A DNA stretch of 64,000 nt from Cenarchaeum sp. (GTDB lineage Archaea; Thermoproteota; Nitrososphaeria; Nitrososphaerales; Nitrosopumilaceae), in assembly GCA_963692915.1 (NCBI GenBank), contig OY843584.1:704001-768000 (forward strand), in the 5' to 3' direction. The notes beneath the pieces were generated by a model. It had not been told where the DNA came from and did no database searches. It worked only from the letters and a program-made list of their open reading frames with translations. The translations under genes were made by a program, and so were the position numbers. This document shows positions 48,267 to 59,235 of the stretch, piece after piece (positions within the stretch are counted from its first letter, which is position 1; every line of letters starts with the position of its first letter).

Positions 48267-49503
48267 CCTTGAACGTCCTCGCAACCTTGTGAAGTGAGGT
48301 GACTAGCGCATCGATGTCCTCCGTTGTGTTGTACACGTAAAAGCTTGCGCGCGATGTTGCCGCAATCCCTAGCTTTTCCATGAGAACCTGGGCGCAGTGG
48401 TGTCCTGAGCGCATCGCAATTCCGTCACCGTCAACAATTTGCGCCACATCGTGCGGGTGCACGTCGTGAAAGTTGAAGGATATCACGCTGCCGTGCTTTG
48501 AGAGGTCAGGTGTCCCGTACACGCGCAGTCCACGTATTTCTGTCAGCGCACGCATCGCATATTTGGTAAGGGTCGCACCGTGCTCGTGGACACGCTCCAT
48601 TCCAATTCCCTCAAGGTACTTGATCGCCGTGCCAAGCCCAATCACGCCGGCAATGCCCGGCGTGCCGGCCTCAAACTTGTAGGGCACGTCATTCCACGTT
48701 GTCTCCTGCCGATGAACCTCCCGTATCATGTCTCCCCCGCCGTGAAACGGATCCATCGACTCGAGTGTTTCGCGGCGTGCCCACAGAACCCCAATTCCAG
48801 TTGGCGCAAGCATCTTGTGGCCAGAGAACGCGAAAAAGTCGCATCCAAGGGCATCAACGTTGACGCCCATGTGGGGCACGGCCTGCGCACCGTCAATGAG
48901 CGTGCGCACGCCGGCTGCACGGCACATCCTGACAATTGCAGTTGCGTCTGACACTGTCCCGAGCACGTTGGACATTAGGCTGAACGTGACAAGCTTTACG
49001 CGCCCCGTTGCGAGATGGCGCTCGAGATCCGCAAGAATCAGCTCGCCATTGTCATCAATGTTGATGTACTCTAGGCGCGCGCCGCGCTCCTTGGCCAGGA
49101 TCTGCCAGGGCACGATATTGCTGTGGTGCTCGTACTCGGTCGTCACTATAATGTCGCCGGCACCAACGTTGCGGCGGCCCCACGAGTACGCAACGAGGTT
49201 GATCGCCTCAGTCGTCCCGCGAACAAAGACTATCTCGCGCCGGTCAGATGCGCCTATGAACCTAGCCACAGTGTCGCGCACGCCCTCATAGTCAGCAGTG
49301 GCCTCCTCGGCAAGCTCGTACACTGCCCTGTGGATGTTGGCGTTGCCGTTCTCATAGTATGTGCGTATTGCGTCGATCACCTGCTGTGGCTTTTGGCTCG
49401 TCGAGGCGTTGTCAAGGTAGACTAGCGGCTTGCCGCCGCGCACTGTCCTAGACAGTATCGGAAAGTCGCCGCGCACGTCAAGTGTCGCCTGTGCTGACTG
49501 CAT
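48259..49503 (-). CDS. sufS: Cysteine desulfurase SufS
   Basis: YLDNASTSQKP, EHHSN, DGAQ, SGHKM, RSGHHCA. Confidence 0.96.
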   Translation of the reverse strand: MQSAQATLDVRGDFPILSRTVRGGKPLVYLDNASTSQKPQQVIDAIRTYYENGNANIHRAVYELAEEATADYEGVRDTVARFIGASDRREIVFVRGTTEAINLVAYSWGRRNVGAGDIIVTTEYEHHSNIVPWQILAKERGARLEYINIDDNGELILADLERHLATGRVKLVTFSLMSNVLGTVSDATAIVRMCRAAGVRTLIDGAQAVPHMGVNVDALGCDFFAFSGHKMLAPTGIGVLWARRETLESMDPFHGGGDMIREVHRQETTWNDVPYKFEAGTPGIAGVIGLGTAIKYLEGIGMERVHEHGATLTKYAMRALTEIRGLRVYGTPDLSKHGSVISFNFHDVHPHDVAQIVDGDGIAMRSGHHCAQVLMEKLGIAATSRASFYVYNTTEDIDALVTSLHKVARTFKVE

Positions 49504-49504
49504 G

Positions 49505-49834
49505 CTACACCTCGACGTAGACGGCATTCCCGTCTATTCTTGCCGGATACACGCCAAGTGGGCTCTCGGCTGGCGGGTTTAGCGGTATTCCCGTCTCCAT
49601 GTCAAAGACAGAGAGATGGAGTGGGCAGCGCACGCCTGGACTGCCGTGCTGGCCGGCCCCCGGGGCGACGAATCCCGTCGAGAGGTCGGCGTCTGCATGT
49701 GTGCATATGCCATCAGACGCGTACACACGCTCCCCCTCGCGAAGTATAATCAGGCTCTTGCCGCCGCACTTTACTGCGCAAACCTCGCCGTCAGCCGCCT
49801 CGTCAATCCCACATGCCCTGGTCCACGTCGCCAC
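49505..49834 (-). CDS. Rieske-type [2Fe-2S] ferredoxin
   Basis: CTH...CPLH. Confidence 0.88.
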   Translation of the reverse strand: MATWTRACGIDEAADGEVCAVKCGGKSLIILREGERVYASDGICTHADADLSTGFVAPGAGQHGSPGVRCPLHLSVFDMETGIPLNPPAESPLGVYPARIDGNAVYVEV

Positions 49835-49841
49835 CCTGCCA

Positions 49842-51248
49842 TCACCTGTACTTGTAGTGCTGCTCTATCTCGGCGTTCTCGTTGTATCGCGTCTCCTCGA
49901 CTTCGATAAACTTGCGCAGCTCCTCATCACTGTTTATCTTTAGCGCGCGCCCGTCCCACTTTGACTCCACTAGCGAGGCTATCCACGCGCGAACCTCATA
50001 GGACATCTTTCGCGAGAGGGGCTCAAGGAACCCCTCCACTATGATCCTCTCGGCAGCAGCACGGCTCATGCACCGCGCTTGCAGGTAGAACAGCTGCTCC
50101 TCGTCTATCTGTGCCACAGACGCCGAGTGAGTGGCCTTTACGTCATTGGTCTCTATCTCCAGGCCTGGTATGGCATCGGACTTTGCGTCCGGATCAAGGA
50201 GTATAGAGCGGCCCGAGAGGTACGAGTTTGACTTTGCGGCATTCTCGCGTATTCGTATCATTCCCTTGAACAGCGAGCGCGAGCGGTCGCGCAAGATTGA
50301 CTTTTCGGTGACGCGTCCCTCAGTGGATGGCGCATTGTGGTTGATGCACGCCTGTATGTCAAATGACTGCTCGTCGTTCCCAAACGCGACCTCCGAGTCA
50401 GTCACGGCAGCGCCCTGCCCAACGAGGTCATAGTCTATGCGGTATCGCGAGAGCGATGAGCCAAATAGGCCAAGGTACCAGTTCGTCGAGGCATCCTGCT
50501 CCACGCGTGCACGGCGCGTCGAAAAGTTGATCGCGCGCTTGTCCATCATCTGGAGCGTCGTCACGTCAAGGCGTGCGCCAGGCGCGACAGTCGACGTGAG
50601 GAGCTCCATGTGAGCCTGCTCGGCACCTGCGCTGGGCGAGTAGAGCTCCTGCACTATCGACGACCGGCTTGACTTGCCGGCAACTATGACGTTGCGCGAT
50701 ATCGAGGAGGCGCCTCCCTCCGGCAGGCATGAGACCAGGTGTATCGAGCCCTCCAGTGTCGCACTGTCAGGAATATGCACAAACACGCCAGAGTCAAAGG
50801 CGGCCACGTTGAGCGCCGTAAAGCGGTCTTCTGATGCGTCTACGGACTCTAGGGCTGACCTTAGGAGCTCGGGGCTCTCAGAGACGGCGTCAGCTATCGG
50901 CATTACCTTGATGCCTGCAGATGCTAGTGAGTCCGGGATGCTTAGGGCCTCGGTTCGCGAGCCGACCTGCACGACGTATGCCATCCCCGACTTTGACAGC
51001 TCGTCGAGTCGCACCCTGATGGCCTCAGGCACTCCCTGCGGCGTGGCCGTGTCGAGCATGACACTCTCGGGATTCATCCTCTTTGCGTCAGTATAGTGCT
51101 CATAGAGAACCGATGTCTCTAGCGGGAGCGACTTGTATGACTCTAGCGCACCGTGACGCAGCGAGGCCAACCAGTCAGGCTCGCTGCGAGACGAGGAGAC
51201 CCCGTCAACATGTCCGCGATCCACCGTGGAGAGCGCAAGCCTTGACAT
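49842..51248 (-). CDS. sufD: Fe-S assembly protein SufD
   Basis: FKGMI, PGLEIETNDVKATHSASV, LFYLQAR. Confidence 0.88.
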   Translation of the reverse strand: MSRLALSTVDRGHVDGVSSSRSEPDWLASLRHGALESYKSLPLETSVLYEHYTDAKRMNPESVMLDTATPQGVPEAIRVRLDELSKSGMAYVVQVGSRTEALSIPDSLASAGIKVMPIADAVSESPELLRSALESVDASEDRFTALNVAAFDSGVFVHIPDSATLEGSIHLVSCLPEGGASSISRNVIVAGKSSRSSIVQELYSPSAGAEQAHMELLTSTVAPGARLDVTTLQMMDKRAINFSTRRARVEQDASTNWYLGLFGSSLSRYRIDYDLVGQGAAVTDSEVAFGNDEQSFDIQACINHNAPSTEGRVTEKSILRDRSRSLFKGMIRIRENAAKSNSYLSGRSILLDPDAKSDAIPGLEIETNDVKATHSASVAQIDEEQLFYLQARCMSRAAAERIIVEGFLEPLSRKMSYEVRAWIASLVESKWDGRALKINSDEELRKFIEVEETRYNENAEIEQHYKYR

Positions 51249-51284
51249 CTGTCAGATCGCCCCCACACATGGTGCGGACATGGT

Positions 51285-52685
51285 CTAGCCCACCGATCCG
51301 TCCATCTCGAGCTTTATGAGTCGGTTGAGCTCGACGGCATACTCCATGGGGAGCTCCTTTGTGAACGGCTCCATAAACCCGTTGACTATGAGCGAGAGCG
51401 CCTCCTCCTCGGTGAATCCGCGCGTCATGAGGTAGAATATCTGCTCGTCGCCTATCTTGCCGACTGTCGCCTCGTGCGTTATCGTCGCGTCCTCCTGGTC
51501 TATCTCCATGTAGGGGTATGTGTCAGTCTTTGACGTGTCATCAAGGAGCAGCGCATCGCAGCGAACAGTCGACTTTACGCCTGTTGCGCCCTTTGCGACC
51601 TTTAGGAGGCCACGGTACGTGGAGCGCCCATCAAGGCGGCTCACGGACTTTGACGTTATCTTTGATGTCGTCTCGGGTGCGAGGTGAACCATCTTTGCCC
51701 CCGTGTCCTGGTGCTGGCCCTTGCCGGCAAACGCTATCGAGAGCGTCTCGCCATACGCGCGGCGGCCCATGAGGTATATTCCAGGGTACTTCATCGTTAT
51801 CTTGCTGCCAATGTTGCCGTCGATCCACTCGACTGTGGCGCCATCGTAGGCATACGCGCGCTTTGTGACAAGGTTGTACACGTCGCTGCTCCAGTTCTGT
51901 ATGGTCGTGTAGCGAAGCTTTGCGTCCTTTAGCGCGACGAGCTCGACTACTGCAGAGTGAAGTGACTCCGACGAGTATACCGGCGCCGTGCAGCCCTCAA
52001 TATAGTGGACCTCGGCGCCCTCATCGGCGATGATCAGCGTGCGCTCAAACTGGCCAATGTTCTCGGCGTTTATCCTAAAGTAGGCCTGCAGTGGCATGTC
52101 CACCTTGACGCCCGGCGGGATGTAGATGAACGATCCGCCGCTCCACACCGCACTGTTTAGCGCGGCAAACTTGTTGTCCTCGGGGGGGATGATCTTGCCA
52201 AAGTACTTTCTGAGTATCTCGGGCTGCTCCTTGAGCGCAGTGTCCGTGTCAAGGAAGAGTACTCCCTGCTTTGCAAGATCATCGCGAAGGCTGTGGTAGA
52301 CGACCTCTGACTCGTACTGCGCGCCGACGCCGGCAAGGAACTTTTTCTCGGCCTCTGGTATCCCGAGCTTGTTGAACGTGTTCTTTATCTCATCGGGGAC
52401 GTCATCCCAGCTCTTCTCGGCCTTGTCAGAGGCCTTTGCGTAATAGTAGATGTTCTGAAAGTCGATCGTGCTCAGGTCTGCGCCCCATGTTGGCATTGGG
52501 CGCTTCATGAACGCCTCATACGAGCGCAGCCTAAAGTCAAGCATCCACTGCGGCTCGTCCTTCATCTTGCTTATGCTAGTCACGACATCCTTTGAGAGGC
52601 CCTTCTTGCTCAGGTGCACGTACAGATCAGTGGAATCCTTAAAGTCGTACTTGGAGTAGTCCATCTCAAGGGGCTCTGTCGCCAT
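51285..52685 (-). CDS. sufB: Fe-S assembly protein SufB
   Basis: [39 protein letters not shown]. Confidence 0.97.
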   Translation of the reverse strand: MATEPLEMDYSKYDFKDSTDLYVHLSKKGLSKDVVTSISKMKDEPQWMLDFRLRSYEAFMKRPMPTWGADLSTIDFQNIYYYAKASDKAEKSWDDVPDEIKNTFNKLGIPEAEKKFLAGVGAQYESEVVYHSLRDDLAKQGVLFLDTDTALKEQPEILRKYFGKIIPPEDNKFAALNSAVWSGGSFIYIPPGVKVDMPLQAYFRINAENIGQFERTLIIADEGAEVHYIEGCTAPVYSSESLHSAVVELVALKDAKLRYTTIQNWSSDVYNLVTKRAYAYDGATVEWIDGNIGSKITMKYPGIYLMGRRAYGETLSIAFAGKGQHQDTGAKMVHLAPETTSKITSKSVSRLDGRSTYRGLLKVAKGATGVKSTVRCDALLLDDTSKTDTYPYMEIDQEDATITHEATVGKIGDEQIFYLMTRGFTEEEALSLIVNGFMEPFTKELPMEYAVELNRLIKLEMDGSVG

Positions 52686-52738
52686 CGTGGCACATCGTGC
52701 GCCCAATATTATAAATATATAGGGAAAGATAGGCGCAA

Positions 52739-53506
52739 CTAATCCGCCAATGCTGCGATCACAGCATCAAGCGCGCCGGCTACCGTGTGCGTCGAGGCCG
52801 TCGCGTGGCTCAGACCCGCCCTTTCCATCTCCATGGAGGTGAAAGGCCCTATGGCCACAGGCGCCACGGGCGCCACGCCAGAGATCGCAAGGAACGCGCG
52901 AACCGACGAGGCGCTCGTGAATATGGTCGCCGCGATGCGGCCCTTCGCGGCGAGGCGGCCAAACTCGTCCCAGTCACCCCCCTTGCCATCGGGCACGACA
53001 TCGTACATTTGCGTCTCGGTGACGCGCATGCCGATCTTTTCGAGCAAGAGGCGCAAAAATTCCCCCGAGGCCGCACTGCGCGGCATTATCACGCCCCTGC
53101 CGGCGGCGCGCAGGGACGTAAAGAGCTCGCCGAGGCCCACTGACGAGTGGACCGAGGGAACGTGCGAGACGCGGATGCGCTCGGCCTCAACGGCTGCGCG
53201 CGTTTTAGGACCAATTGCCACAACTCCGGCCCCCATTATGGCCTCACGCATCTCGGCTCCAATCGAGGCGGCGCGTGCGGCCTCAAAGAGCGAGCTGACC
53301 GCACGCGAGCTTAGAAACACCACATAGTCTGGATCGTCTTTGCGCAGAGCCTCCAGAAACTCGACTGCCGCGCCGGCCCCACGCGCGACTAGCCGTATCG
53401 TGGGAAGGGCAAGCGGCACGCCACCCCTTGAGCGCACGAGCTCGCAAAACTCCACTGCATCAGCGGGCGCGCGCGTTATGGCAACGGCCGCACCGTTCAG
53501 GCTCAC
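52739..53506 (-). CDS. hemD: Uroporphyrinogen-III synthase
   Basis: VAITR, FLSSRAV, AIGPKT, FTSASSV, AIGPFT; GTG start overlapping the cobA stop. Confidence 0.85.
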   Translation of the reverse strand: MSLNGAAVAITRAPADAVEFCELVRSRGGVPLALPTIRLVARGAGAAVEFLEALRKDDPDYVVFLSSRAVSSLFEAARAASIGAEMREAIMGAGVVAIGPKTRAAVEAERIRVSHVPSVHSSVGLGELFTSLRAAGRGVIMPRSAASGEFLRLLLEKIGMRVTETQMYDVVPDGKGGDWDEFGRLAAKGRIAATIFTSASSVRAFLAISGVAPVAPVAIGPFTSMEMERAGLSHATASTHTVAGALDAVIAALAD

Positions 53507-54243
53507 TTTGTCCCAGTCCTTTCGGCAAGTCCAACGACATGGCCAACGATGATTATTGCGGGTGCGCGAATTCCCTCGCGCGAGACAATGTCGGCAATGT
53601 CGGCAAGCGTTCCCTTTACTGTCACCTGCTTTGGTGTTGTGCCCTCCTGTATCACGGCAACCGGCGTTGCCTGGTCCAGTCCGCCCTCGACGAGACGTGC
53701 GCATATCTGCCGAATGCGCCCAAGTCCCATCATTATCACGATCGTGTCCACAGCACCGGCGAGATCATTCCAGTGGACGGCATCGGTGCCCTTTGTGGGA
53801 TCCTCATGCCCTGTCACAAACGCGACAGAAGAGGACGTGCCACGGTGCGTCAGCGGTATTCCCGCATATGTGGCAGACGCCATGCCCGACGTTATTCCGG
53901 GAACAAGCTCGCACTCGATTCCACGCGCGCGCAAAAACTCGGCCTCCTCCCCGCCACGCCCAAAGATGTTCGGATCGCCGCCCTTGAGGCGCACTACCAT
54001 GCTTCCCCCTGACGCGTGGCGAACCATGGCCTCGTTCGTCGAGTCCTGGTGCGAGGCGTCATCGCCCACCGCGCGCCCAACGTATTCCCTTGTGGCCGAC
54101 TCGCCGGCCATCGCGAGTATCTCGTCGCTGACAAGGCGGTCATAGAGTATGACATCGGCCGTTCGCAGGAGCTCGGCAACCCTGAGCGTGAGGAGTCCTG
54201 GGTCGCCGGGACCGGCTCCAACTAGGTATACCTTGCCGCTCAT
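53503..54243 (-). CDS. cobA: Uroporphyrinogen-III C-methyltransferase
   Basis: VYLVGAGPGDPGLLT, YDRLV, RLKGGDP, PGITS. Confidence 0.95.
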   Translation of the reverse strand: MSGKVYLVGAGPGDPGLLTLRVAELLRTADVILYDRLVSDEILAMAGESATREYVGRAVGDDASHQDSTNEAMVRHASGGSMVVRLKGGDPNIFGRGGEEAEFLRARGIECELVPGITSGMASATYAGIPLTHRGTSSSVAFVTGHEDPTKGTDAVHWNDLAGAVDTIVIMMGLGRIRQICARLVEGGLDQATPVAVIQEGTTPKQVTVKGTLADIADIVSREGIRAPAIIIVGHVVGLAERTGTK

Positions 54244-55178
54244 CTTGTGTTCCACTCGGCGACCTTCTCCCGCCAATTAAATGCAAGGCGCTCAACTCCA
54301 CGCTCGCGCAGAATCGCGCCTGCCAGCCGGCCAACGCCGGCAGCGTCTGCTGCCGAACCGGTCGACTCGGCCTCTATGCGCTCCGAGCCGTCAACGGAGA
54401 AGGCAACTGCACGCATTGTGATGCTGCCTTCAGAGAATGACGCATGGGCGCCCACCGGAAACCTGCACCCCGAGCCTATTTCGCCAGAGAGTGCACGCTC
54501 TGCGTCGGCCTCGGCGCGAGAGCCGGCATCCTCTATTGTGCGCAAGAGTGCCACAGTATGTGCGTCATCGGCGCGCGCTACTAGCGCAAGGGCGCCCTGA
54601 CCCGGCGAGGGCACAAAGGAGTCAAGGCCGAGATCGGTAAACCCAACATCTGCCTCTATTCCAAGGCGTGTGAGTCCGGCTCGCGCGAGAACCACGGCAT
54701 CGAGTTCACCACGCTCCACTAGCGAGACGCGCGTGTCGACGTTTCCGCGCACGGGATTTACGCGCACGTCGGGGCGCGCACGACTCATCTGCACTGCGCG
54801 GCGCAGGCTACTCGTTCCAATCTCAGCACCGCGCCGAAGCGACTCCATTCCCAGTCCACCTTGCGTGACTAGCACGTCACCGGGCATCTCGCGGCGCGGC
54901 ACGCATGCAAGGGTCAGGCCTTCAGGGATCTCCGAGGGCACGTCCTTCATGCTGTGTACGGCAAAGTCAACCTCGCCGAGTGCGACCTTGGCGTCGATCT
55001 CTTTTTCGAATATGCCCTTTTGGTCGATTGCAAAGAGTGGCCGCGCATCAGTGTCCCCGCGCGTGCTTATTGTCTTGATCTCAAACCCCTCGCCCGCATT
55101 TGCTTCTTCGAGCTGGCCGACGACCCAGCGTGTCTGTGCCATCGAGAGTCGGCTTGCGCGCGTGCCGATACGCCTCAG
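54240..55178 (-). CDS. hemC: Hydroxymethylbilane synthase (porphobilinogen deaminase), probable CTG start
   Basis: IGTRASRLSMAQ begins upstream of the ORF-track ATG; VHSMKDVP, GTSSLRR, RGNVDTR, GSGC. Confidence 0.93.
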   Translation of the reverse strand: MRRIGTRASRLSMAQTRWVVGQLEEANAGEGFEIKTISTRGDTDARPLFAIDQKGIFEKEIDAKVALGEVDFAVHSMKDVPSEIPEGLTLACVPRREMPGDVLVTQGGLGMESLRRGAEIGTSSLRRAVQMSRARPDVRVNPVRGNVDTRVSLVERGELDAVVLARAGLTRLGIEADVGFTDLGLDSFVPSPGQGALALVARADDAHTVALLRTIEDAGSRAEADAERALSGEIGSGCRFPVGAHASFSEGSITMRAVAFSVDGSERIEAESTGSAADAAGVGRLAGAILRERGVERLAFNWREKVAEWNTR

Positions 55179-56446
55179 TTCGCGACACCTGCCAGGGACA
55201 CCTCGTATGCGCGTGCGACACGCGAGAGGTCCGCATCAGTGTGCGCCGAGCACAGGAACGAGACCTCAAACTGCGAGGGCGGCACAAATACGCCATTGGC
55301 GCGCAAGAGTTCAGCAAGCCTCGCAAAGCGCACGCGATCAGAGGCCATCGCCGAGGCGCGATCCGTGACTGCAGAGTCTCCAAAAAAGACCTGGAACATC
55401 GAGGAGACCCTGTTTATCGTGTGCGGCACGCCTAGCGAGCCGGCCGAGTCATGAATGCCCGATGTGAGGCGTGCACACGCGCGATCAAGGCGCGAGTACA
55501 TTCGCGCCCCGAGCCGGCGCGCCTGCCTGATTGCCGCAATGGCCGCACTCACGGACACGGGGTTTCCGGCAAACGTGCTTGCCTGATACACCTTGCCATG
55601 GGGCGCAAGTGACTCCATAATGTCGCGGCGCCCGCCGAGGGCCGCTATCGGAAACCCGCCGCCAAGAGCCTTTCCAAGCGTCGTAATGTCTGGCCTCACG
55701 CCATAGTGACCCTGTGCGCCGCCCGGACCCATCCTGTATCCCGTGACAGTCTCGTCAAATATCAGAAGCGCACCATGCGAGCGTGCAATCCTGGCCACGC
55801 GGCGGAGAAATCCCCTTGCCGGCAGCACAAGGCCCATGTTGGCCATGACTGGCTCTATGATAACTGCGGCCACATTGTCTCCCATGACACGCTCGACGGA
55901 CTCGGCATCATTGTACTGTGCAACGAGCGTCTCGCGCGCGGCGGCACCAAGCGAGCCGGCCGAGTCGGTGAGCCCATAGTGCGCAACGCCCGAGCCGGCG
56001 CGAACTAGCGCATAGTCATGCGCGCCATGATAGCACCCGTCAAACTTTACTATCTTGGTGCGCCCCGTGTACCCGCGCGCCAGCCGTATGGCAGCCATTG
56101 TCGCCTCCATGCCCGTGTTGACAAGCCGCACGCGGCGCATCGAGGGGTATCCGCGAGAGATTAGCTCGGCCAGCTCGGTCTCGGCCTCTGTCGGTGCACA
56201 GTAAAGTGTGCCCCGCCGGAGCTGTCCGGAGACTGCTGACATTACTGCGGGGTTTCGGTGGCCAAGCAGCATTGCGCCATACGCGCAGCAGAGATCGACA
56301 TACCTCTTTCCGTCCACGTCCCAGAGTGCCCCTCCGCGAGCGCGCTCGACAAAAAACGGGTACGGGTCATAGTGCCGTATGGGGCTGTTCACCCCGGATG
56401 CCACTGCGCGAAGGGCGCGCGCGTAGAGCTTGGCTGACCTGTCCAT
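55175..56446 (-). CDS. hemL: Glutamate-1-semialdehyde 2,1-aminomutase
   Basis: GVNSP, GCYHGAHD, FDET, TLGKALGGGFP, FAGNP, PPSQFE. Confidence 0.95.
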   Translation of the reverse strand: MDRSAKLYARALRAVASGVNSPIRHYDPYPFFVERARGGALWDVDGKRYVDLCCAYGAMLLGHRNPAVMSAVSGQLRRGTLYCAPTEAETELAELISRGYPSMRRVRLVNTGMEATMAAIRLARGYTGRTKIVKFDGCYHGAHDYALVRAGSGVAHYGLTDSAGSLGAAARETLVAQYNDAESVERVMGDNVAAVIIEPVMANMGLVLPARGFLRRVARIARSHGALLIFDETVTGYRMGPGGAQGHYGVRPDITTLGKALGGGFPIAALGGRRDIMESLAPHGKVYQASTFAGNPVSVSAAIAAIRQARRLGARMYSRLDRACARLTSGIHDSAGSLGVPHTINRVSSMFQVFFGDSAVTDRASAMASDRVRFARLAELLRANGVFVPPSQFEVSFLCSAHTDADLSRVARAYEVSLAGVAN

Positions 56447-56623
56447 TACAGGATGCGCGCGCCCCCGAGTCGCTATATTAGCTTCGGGGTGCGACGAGGA
56501 TGATATTGGCAGTTTGACCATCAAGAACTGACGAGTGTGCGCATGGGCACGTCTTCTGCCCCGTCTAGCAACCTAGTCGTGCTGGCCGATGCCGGTGTCC
56601 ACACTCAGCGCCCAATCTCAGGC

Positions 56624-57406
56624 TCACGCGGTGGCCTCTAGTGTCGCCATCGCCTCATCAACGCTTGCGCTGTCATGGACGATGCTGCGAACCGCACGGA
56701 TCATCGGAACGGGACGCTCAGACTGCCAAATGTTGCGACCCATGTCAACTCCGGCAGCACCTGCGCTGATCGACGAGTGGACGAGCTCTAGTGCCTCACG
56801 CTCTGGCACCTTTGGGCCGCCGGCGACAATTATCGGGACGGGGCATGACTCGACGACCTTTTCAAAGTTCTCGCAGTGGTATGTCTTTACCATGTGAGCG
56901 CCAAACTCGGCTGCAATGCGGCACGCCAGCGAGAGGTAGCGCGCGTCGCGCTTTTCGAGCTCCTTGCCGACTGCCGTCACGGCAAGAACCGGCATGCCAA
57001 CGGGTGCGGCCTCGTCGACGAGCCTGCCAAGTGAGGCCAGCGTCTGATGCTCGTGGCCGGCGCCCACAAATATCGACATTGCCACTGCAGACGCGTTGAG
57101 GCGAACCGCCTCGTCCATACCAGTCGTTATGACCTCGTTGGAGAGGTCGGCTCCTATGATGCTGCTGCCACCAGACACGCGCAGGACGACGGGAACTGCG
57201 CTAGAGGCCGGAACCGACGTGCGCAGGACCCCGCGCGTGAGCATGAGCGAGTCACAATGCTCCACGAGCGGCTCGATGGCCGCAGACGGCCTCTCTAGGC
57301 ACCTAGTAGGACCCATAAAGTAGCCGTGGTCAACTGCGAGCATGACGCCGCGTCCAGTCGAGGGGCGGATTATCCTCGCCATGCGGCTCTCAAGACCCCA
57401 GTCCAT
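56624..57406 (-). CDS. lsrF: LsrF-like class I aldolase/thiolase (DhnA family)
   Basis: MDWGL, LAVDHGYFMGP, AVTAVGK, VKTY, AGGPK, DMGRNIWQ. Confidence 0.8.
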   Translation of the reverse strand: MDWGLESRMARIIRPSTGRGVMLAVDHGYFMGPTRCLERPSAAIEPLVEHCDSLMLTRGVLRTSVPASSAVPVVLRVSGGSSIIGADLSNEVITTGMDEAVRLNASAVAMSIFVGAGHEHQTLASLGRLVDEAAPVGMPVLAVTAVGKELEKRDARYLSLACRIAAEFGAHMVKTYHCENFEKVVESCPVPIIVAGGPKVPEREALELVHSSISAGAAGVDMGRNIWQSERPVPMIRAVRSIVHDSASVDEAMATLEATA

Positions 57407-57439
57407 GGCAGGCACCGCCGTGCGCGCGTATCTTAAGCC

Positions 57440-58456
57440 TTACTCGGTTATGACAATCTTCATCGCCGACTCGCCGCTGCGCGCGCGCTCAAAGGCGGCG
57501 CCTGCCTCGCCGAGCGGGTAGCGGTGCGTGATGAGGCGGTTGACGTCAATGCGCCCGTCTGATATAATGTCCAGGGCCTTGCGCGTGTCCACGTCAGATG
57601 CCGCATAGCTGGAGCGGATCAGTATGCCGCGCGAGTAGAGATCGCCGGCATCAAGCTCAAGTGTCGAGCCGCGCGGGGGCACGCCAAAGACCATAACCGT
57701 CCCGCCGTCACGGGCCATCATCACCGCATCAGCAATTGCGCGCACGTTCCCTGTCGCGACGATTACGGCGTCGGCTCCATTACCCCCTGTTGCCCCACGC
57801 ACGCAGTCAATGCCGAGCTCCGGCCTGACGGCCTCAGTTGCCCCAAGGTCGCGCGCAAATCCCACCCTGTACTCGTTGGTGTCAGTGCAGATCGCCGCAA
57901 TTCCGCGCGAGCGCGCAATCATCGAGTGCATTATTCCAGTCGGCCCACACCCGAGTATTGCCACAGTGTCTCCCTCTGTGCACGGGATCGTCGACCACGC
58001 CCTGATGCAGCATGCCAGCGGCTCTATCATTGCGGCCTGCTCAAATGTCACGTGGTCTGGAAGCCTCAGAACCCCACCACGCGAGACGTTCTGGGCAGGC
58101 ACGGCATAGTGCTCGGCCAAGCCGCACGGCGAGAGGTTTGTGAGCGCGTATTGTGCGCAGAGTGTCTCCTCGCCGCGCATGCAGTGACGGCACGAGCCGC
58201 ACGAAACGTGGTGGTGCGTAAAGACCCTGTCGCCGACGTTGATGTCGGTAACTCCAGAGCCCACTGCGGTGACCGTTCCGGCCGGCTCGTGGCCAAGGCG
58301 CATTGAGGGTTTTGCGTACATGCCATACACCTTTTCGAGGTCAGACCCGCATATGCCACATGCGCGCATACGCACGACGATCCCGCCGTTCTGGGTCTCG
58401 GGCATGTCGGCCTCGCGAACCTCGACGCGCCTCTCACCCACAAACGCCGCCTTCAT
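57440..58456 (-). CDS. Zinc-dependent alcohol/polyol dehydrogenase (MDR)
   Basis: CGICGSD, GHE, CGSCRHC..C, EPLAC, GCGPTG. Confidence 0.9.
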   Translation of the reverse strand: MKAAFVGERRVEVREADMPETQNGGIVVRMRACGICGSDLEKVYGMYAKPSMRLGHEPAGTVTAVGSGVTDINVGDRVFTHHHVSCGSCRHCMRGEETLCAQYALTNLSPCGLAEHYAVPAQNVSRGGVLRLPDHVTFEQAAMIEPLACCIRAWSTIPCTEGDTVAILGCGPTGIMHSMIARSRGIAAICTDTNEYRVGFARDLGATEAVRPELGIDCVRGATGGNGADAVIVATGNVRAIADAVMMARDGGTVMVFGVPPRGSTLELDAGDLYSRGILIRSSYAASDVDTRKALDIISDGRIDVNRLITHRYPLGEAGAAFERARSGESAMKIVITE

Positions 58457-58503
58457 GGATCCATGCGCAGGCACATCCGAATAAAACCCTACCCTGCGAT
58501 ACC

Positions 58504-58797
58504 CTACATTCCAAGTATCTTTTTGAGCATTGCGCGATAGTCGACATCGGCCTTTGTGGCACCGCTCGCCGGAAGCGCAAAGACGAGCGTCTCACGCTCT
58601 GCCCTGAGTCTCGTGATCTCGTCGTCTATTGGTCCGGCAACGTCATCGGCGACTAGGACTAGCCCAACGTCGGGATCTTTGGTTAGCTGCCTGATGCTGT
58701 CAAGTGCGGCCTCGGGCGTCTCGGTGATAGTGCCTTCCACGCCGGCGAGCTGAAAGCTCGTCACAAACGACCTCTTGCCGACAGTCACAATCCTCAC
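58504..58797 (-). CDS. atpF: A/V-type ATP synthase subunit F
   Basis: RIVTVG..FVTSFQLAGV...ILG; GTG start. Confidence 0.85.
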   Translation of the reverse strand: MRIVTVGKRSFVTSFQLAGVEGTITETPEAALDSIRQLTKDPDVGLVLVADDVAGPIDDEITRLRAERETLVFALPASGATKADVDYRAMLKKILGM

Positions 58798-58932
58798 TGT
58801 GTCCGAAGGGCGCCGCACGTTCACATTTAACCCTTTTTTGGGAACCTTGGACGCGTATTGTCCAGGGTTTGCGTACGCTCGCGTGAACGGCGGAAAAGTT
58901 GATAAACCGCCGCATGGAGGCACGTCGCAGAC

Positions 58933-59235
58933 ATGGAAGGCCATGAGATCGACGCGGTGCGCTCTGTATACCTGTTCCTTCATGGCAGGATGGATCTCCA
59001 TGACAAGGCAATGGCGGCCTTGACGAATGCCGGCTTTACGGCATCAAGGGTTCAGCTCGCCGTGCCGACAAAGGTTGGCGAGGTTGGTGACTATATGGCC
59101 ATGACGTGGATGCCGCCAAACCCAGATCACATAAAGATCCAAAAGATAACTGCAGTAAAGGCCGTTGAGGCTCAGGGAATGGAAGGCCTCTGGCGCGGCG
59201 CCGAAAAGGAAGACCTCTTTGATGTGCCCCTCTAG
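58933..59235 (+). CDS. Hypothetical protein
   Basis: 100-aa ORF with host-like codon usage, divergent from atpF. Confidence 0.65.
   Translation: MEGHEIDAVRSVYLFLHGRMDLHDKAMAALTNAGFTASRVQLAVPTKVGEVGDYMAMTWMPPNPDHIKIQKITAVKAVEAQGMEGLWRGAEKEDLFDVPL

Noticed and set aside
49630-49680. Short in-frame insertion in the Rieske protein as a second intron
   Set aside because: No 4-bp helix with two 3-nt bulges found; the frame is intact
47829-52685. Absence of sufC from the SUF cluster
   Set aside because: sufC may simply lie outside this window; not evidence of novelty
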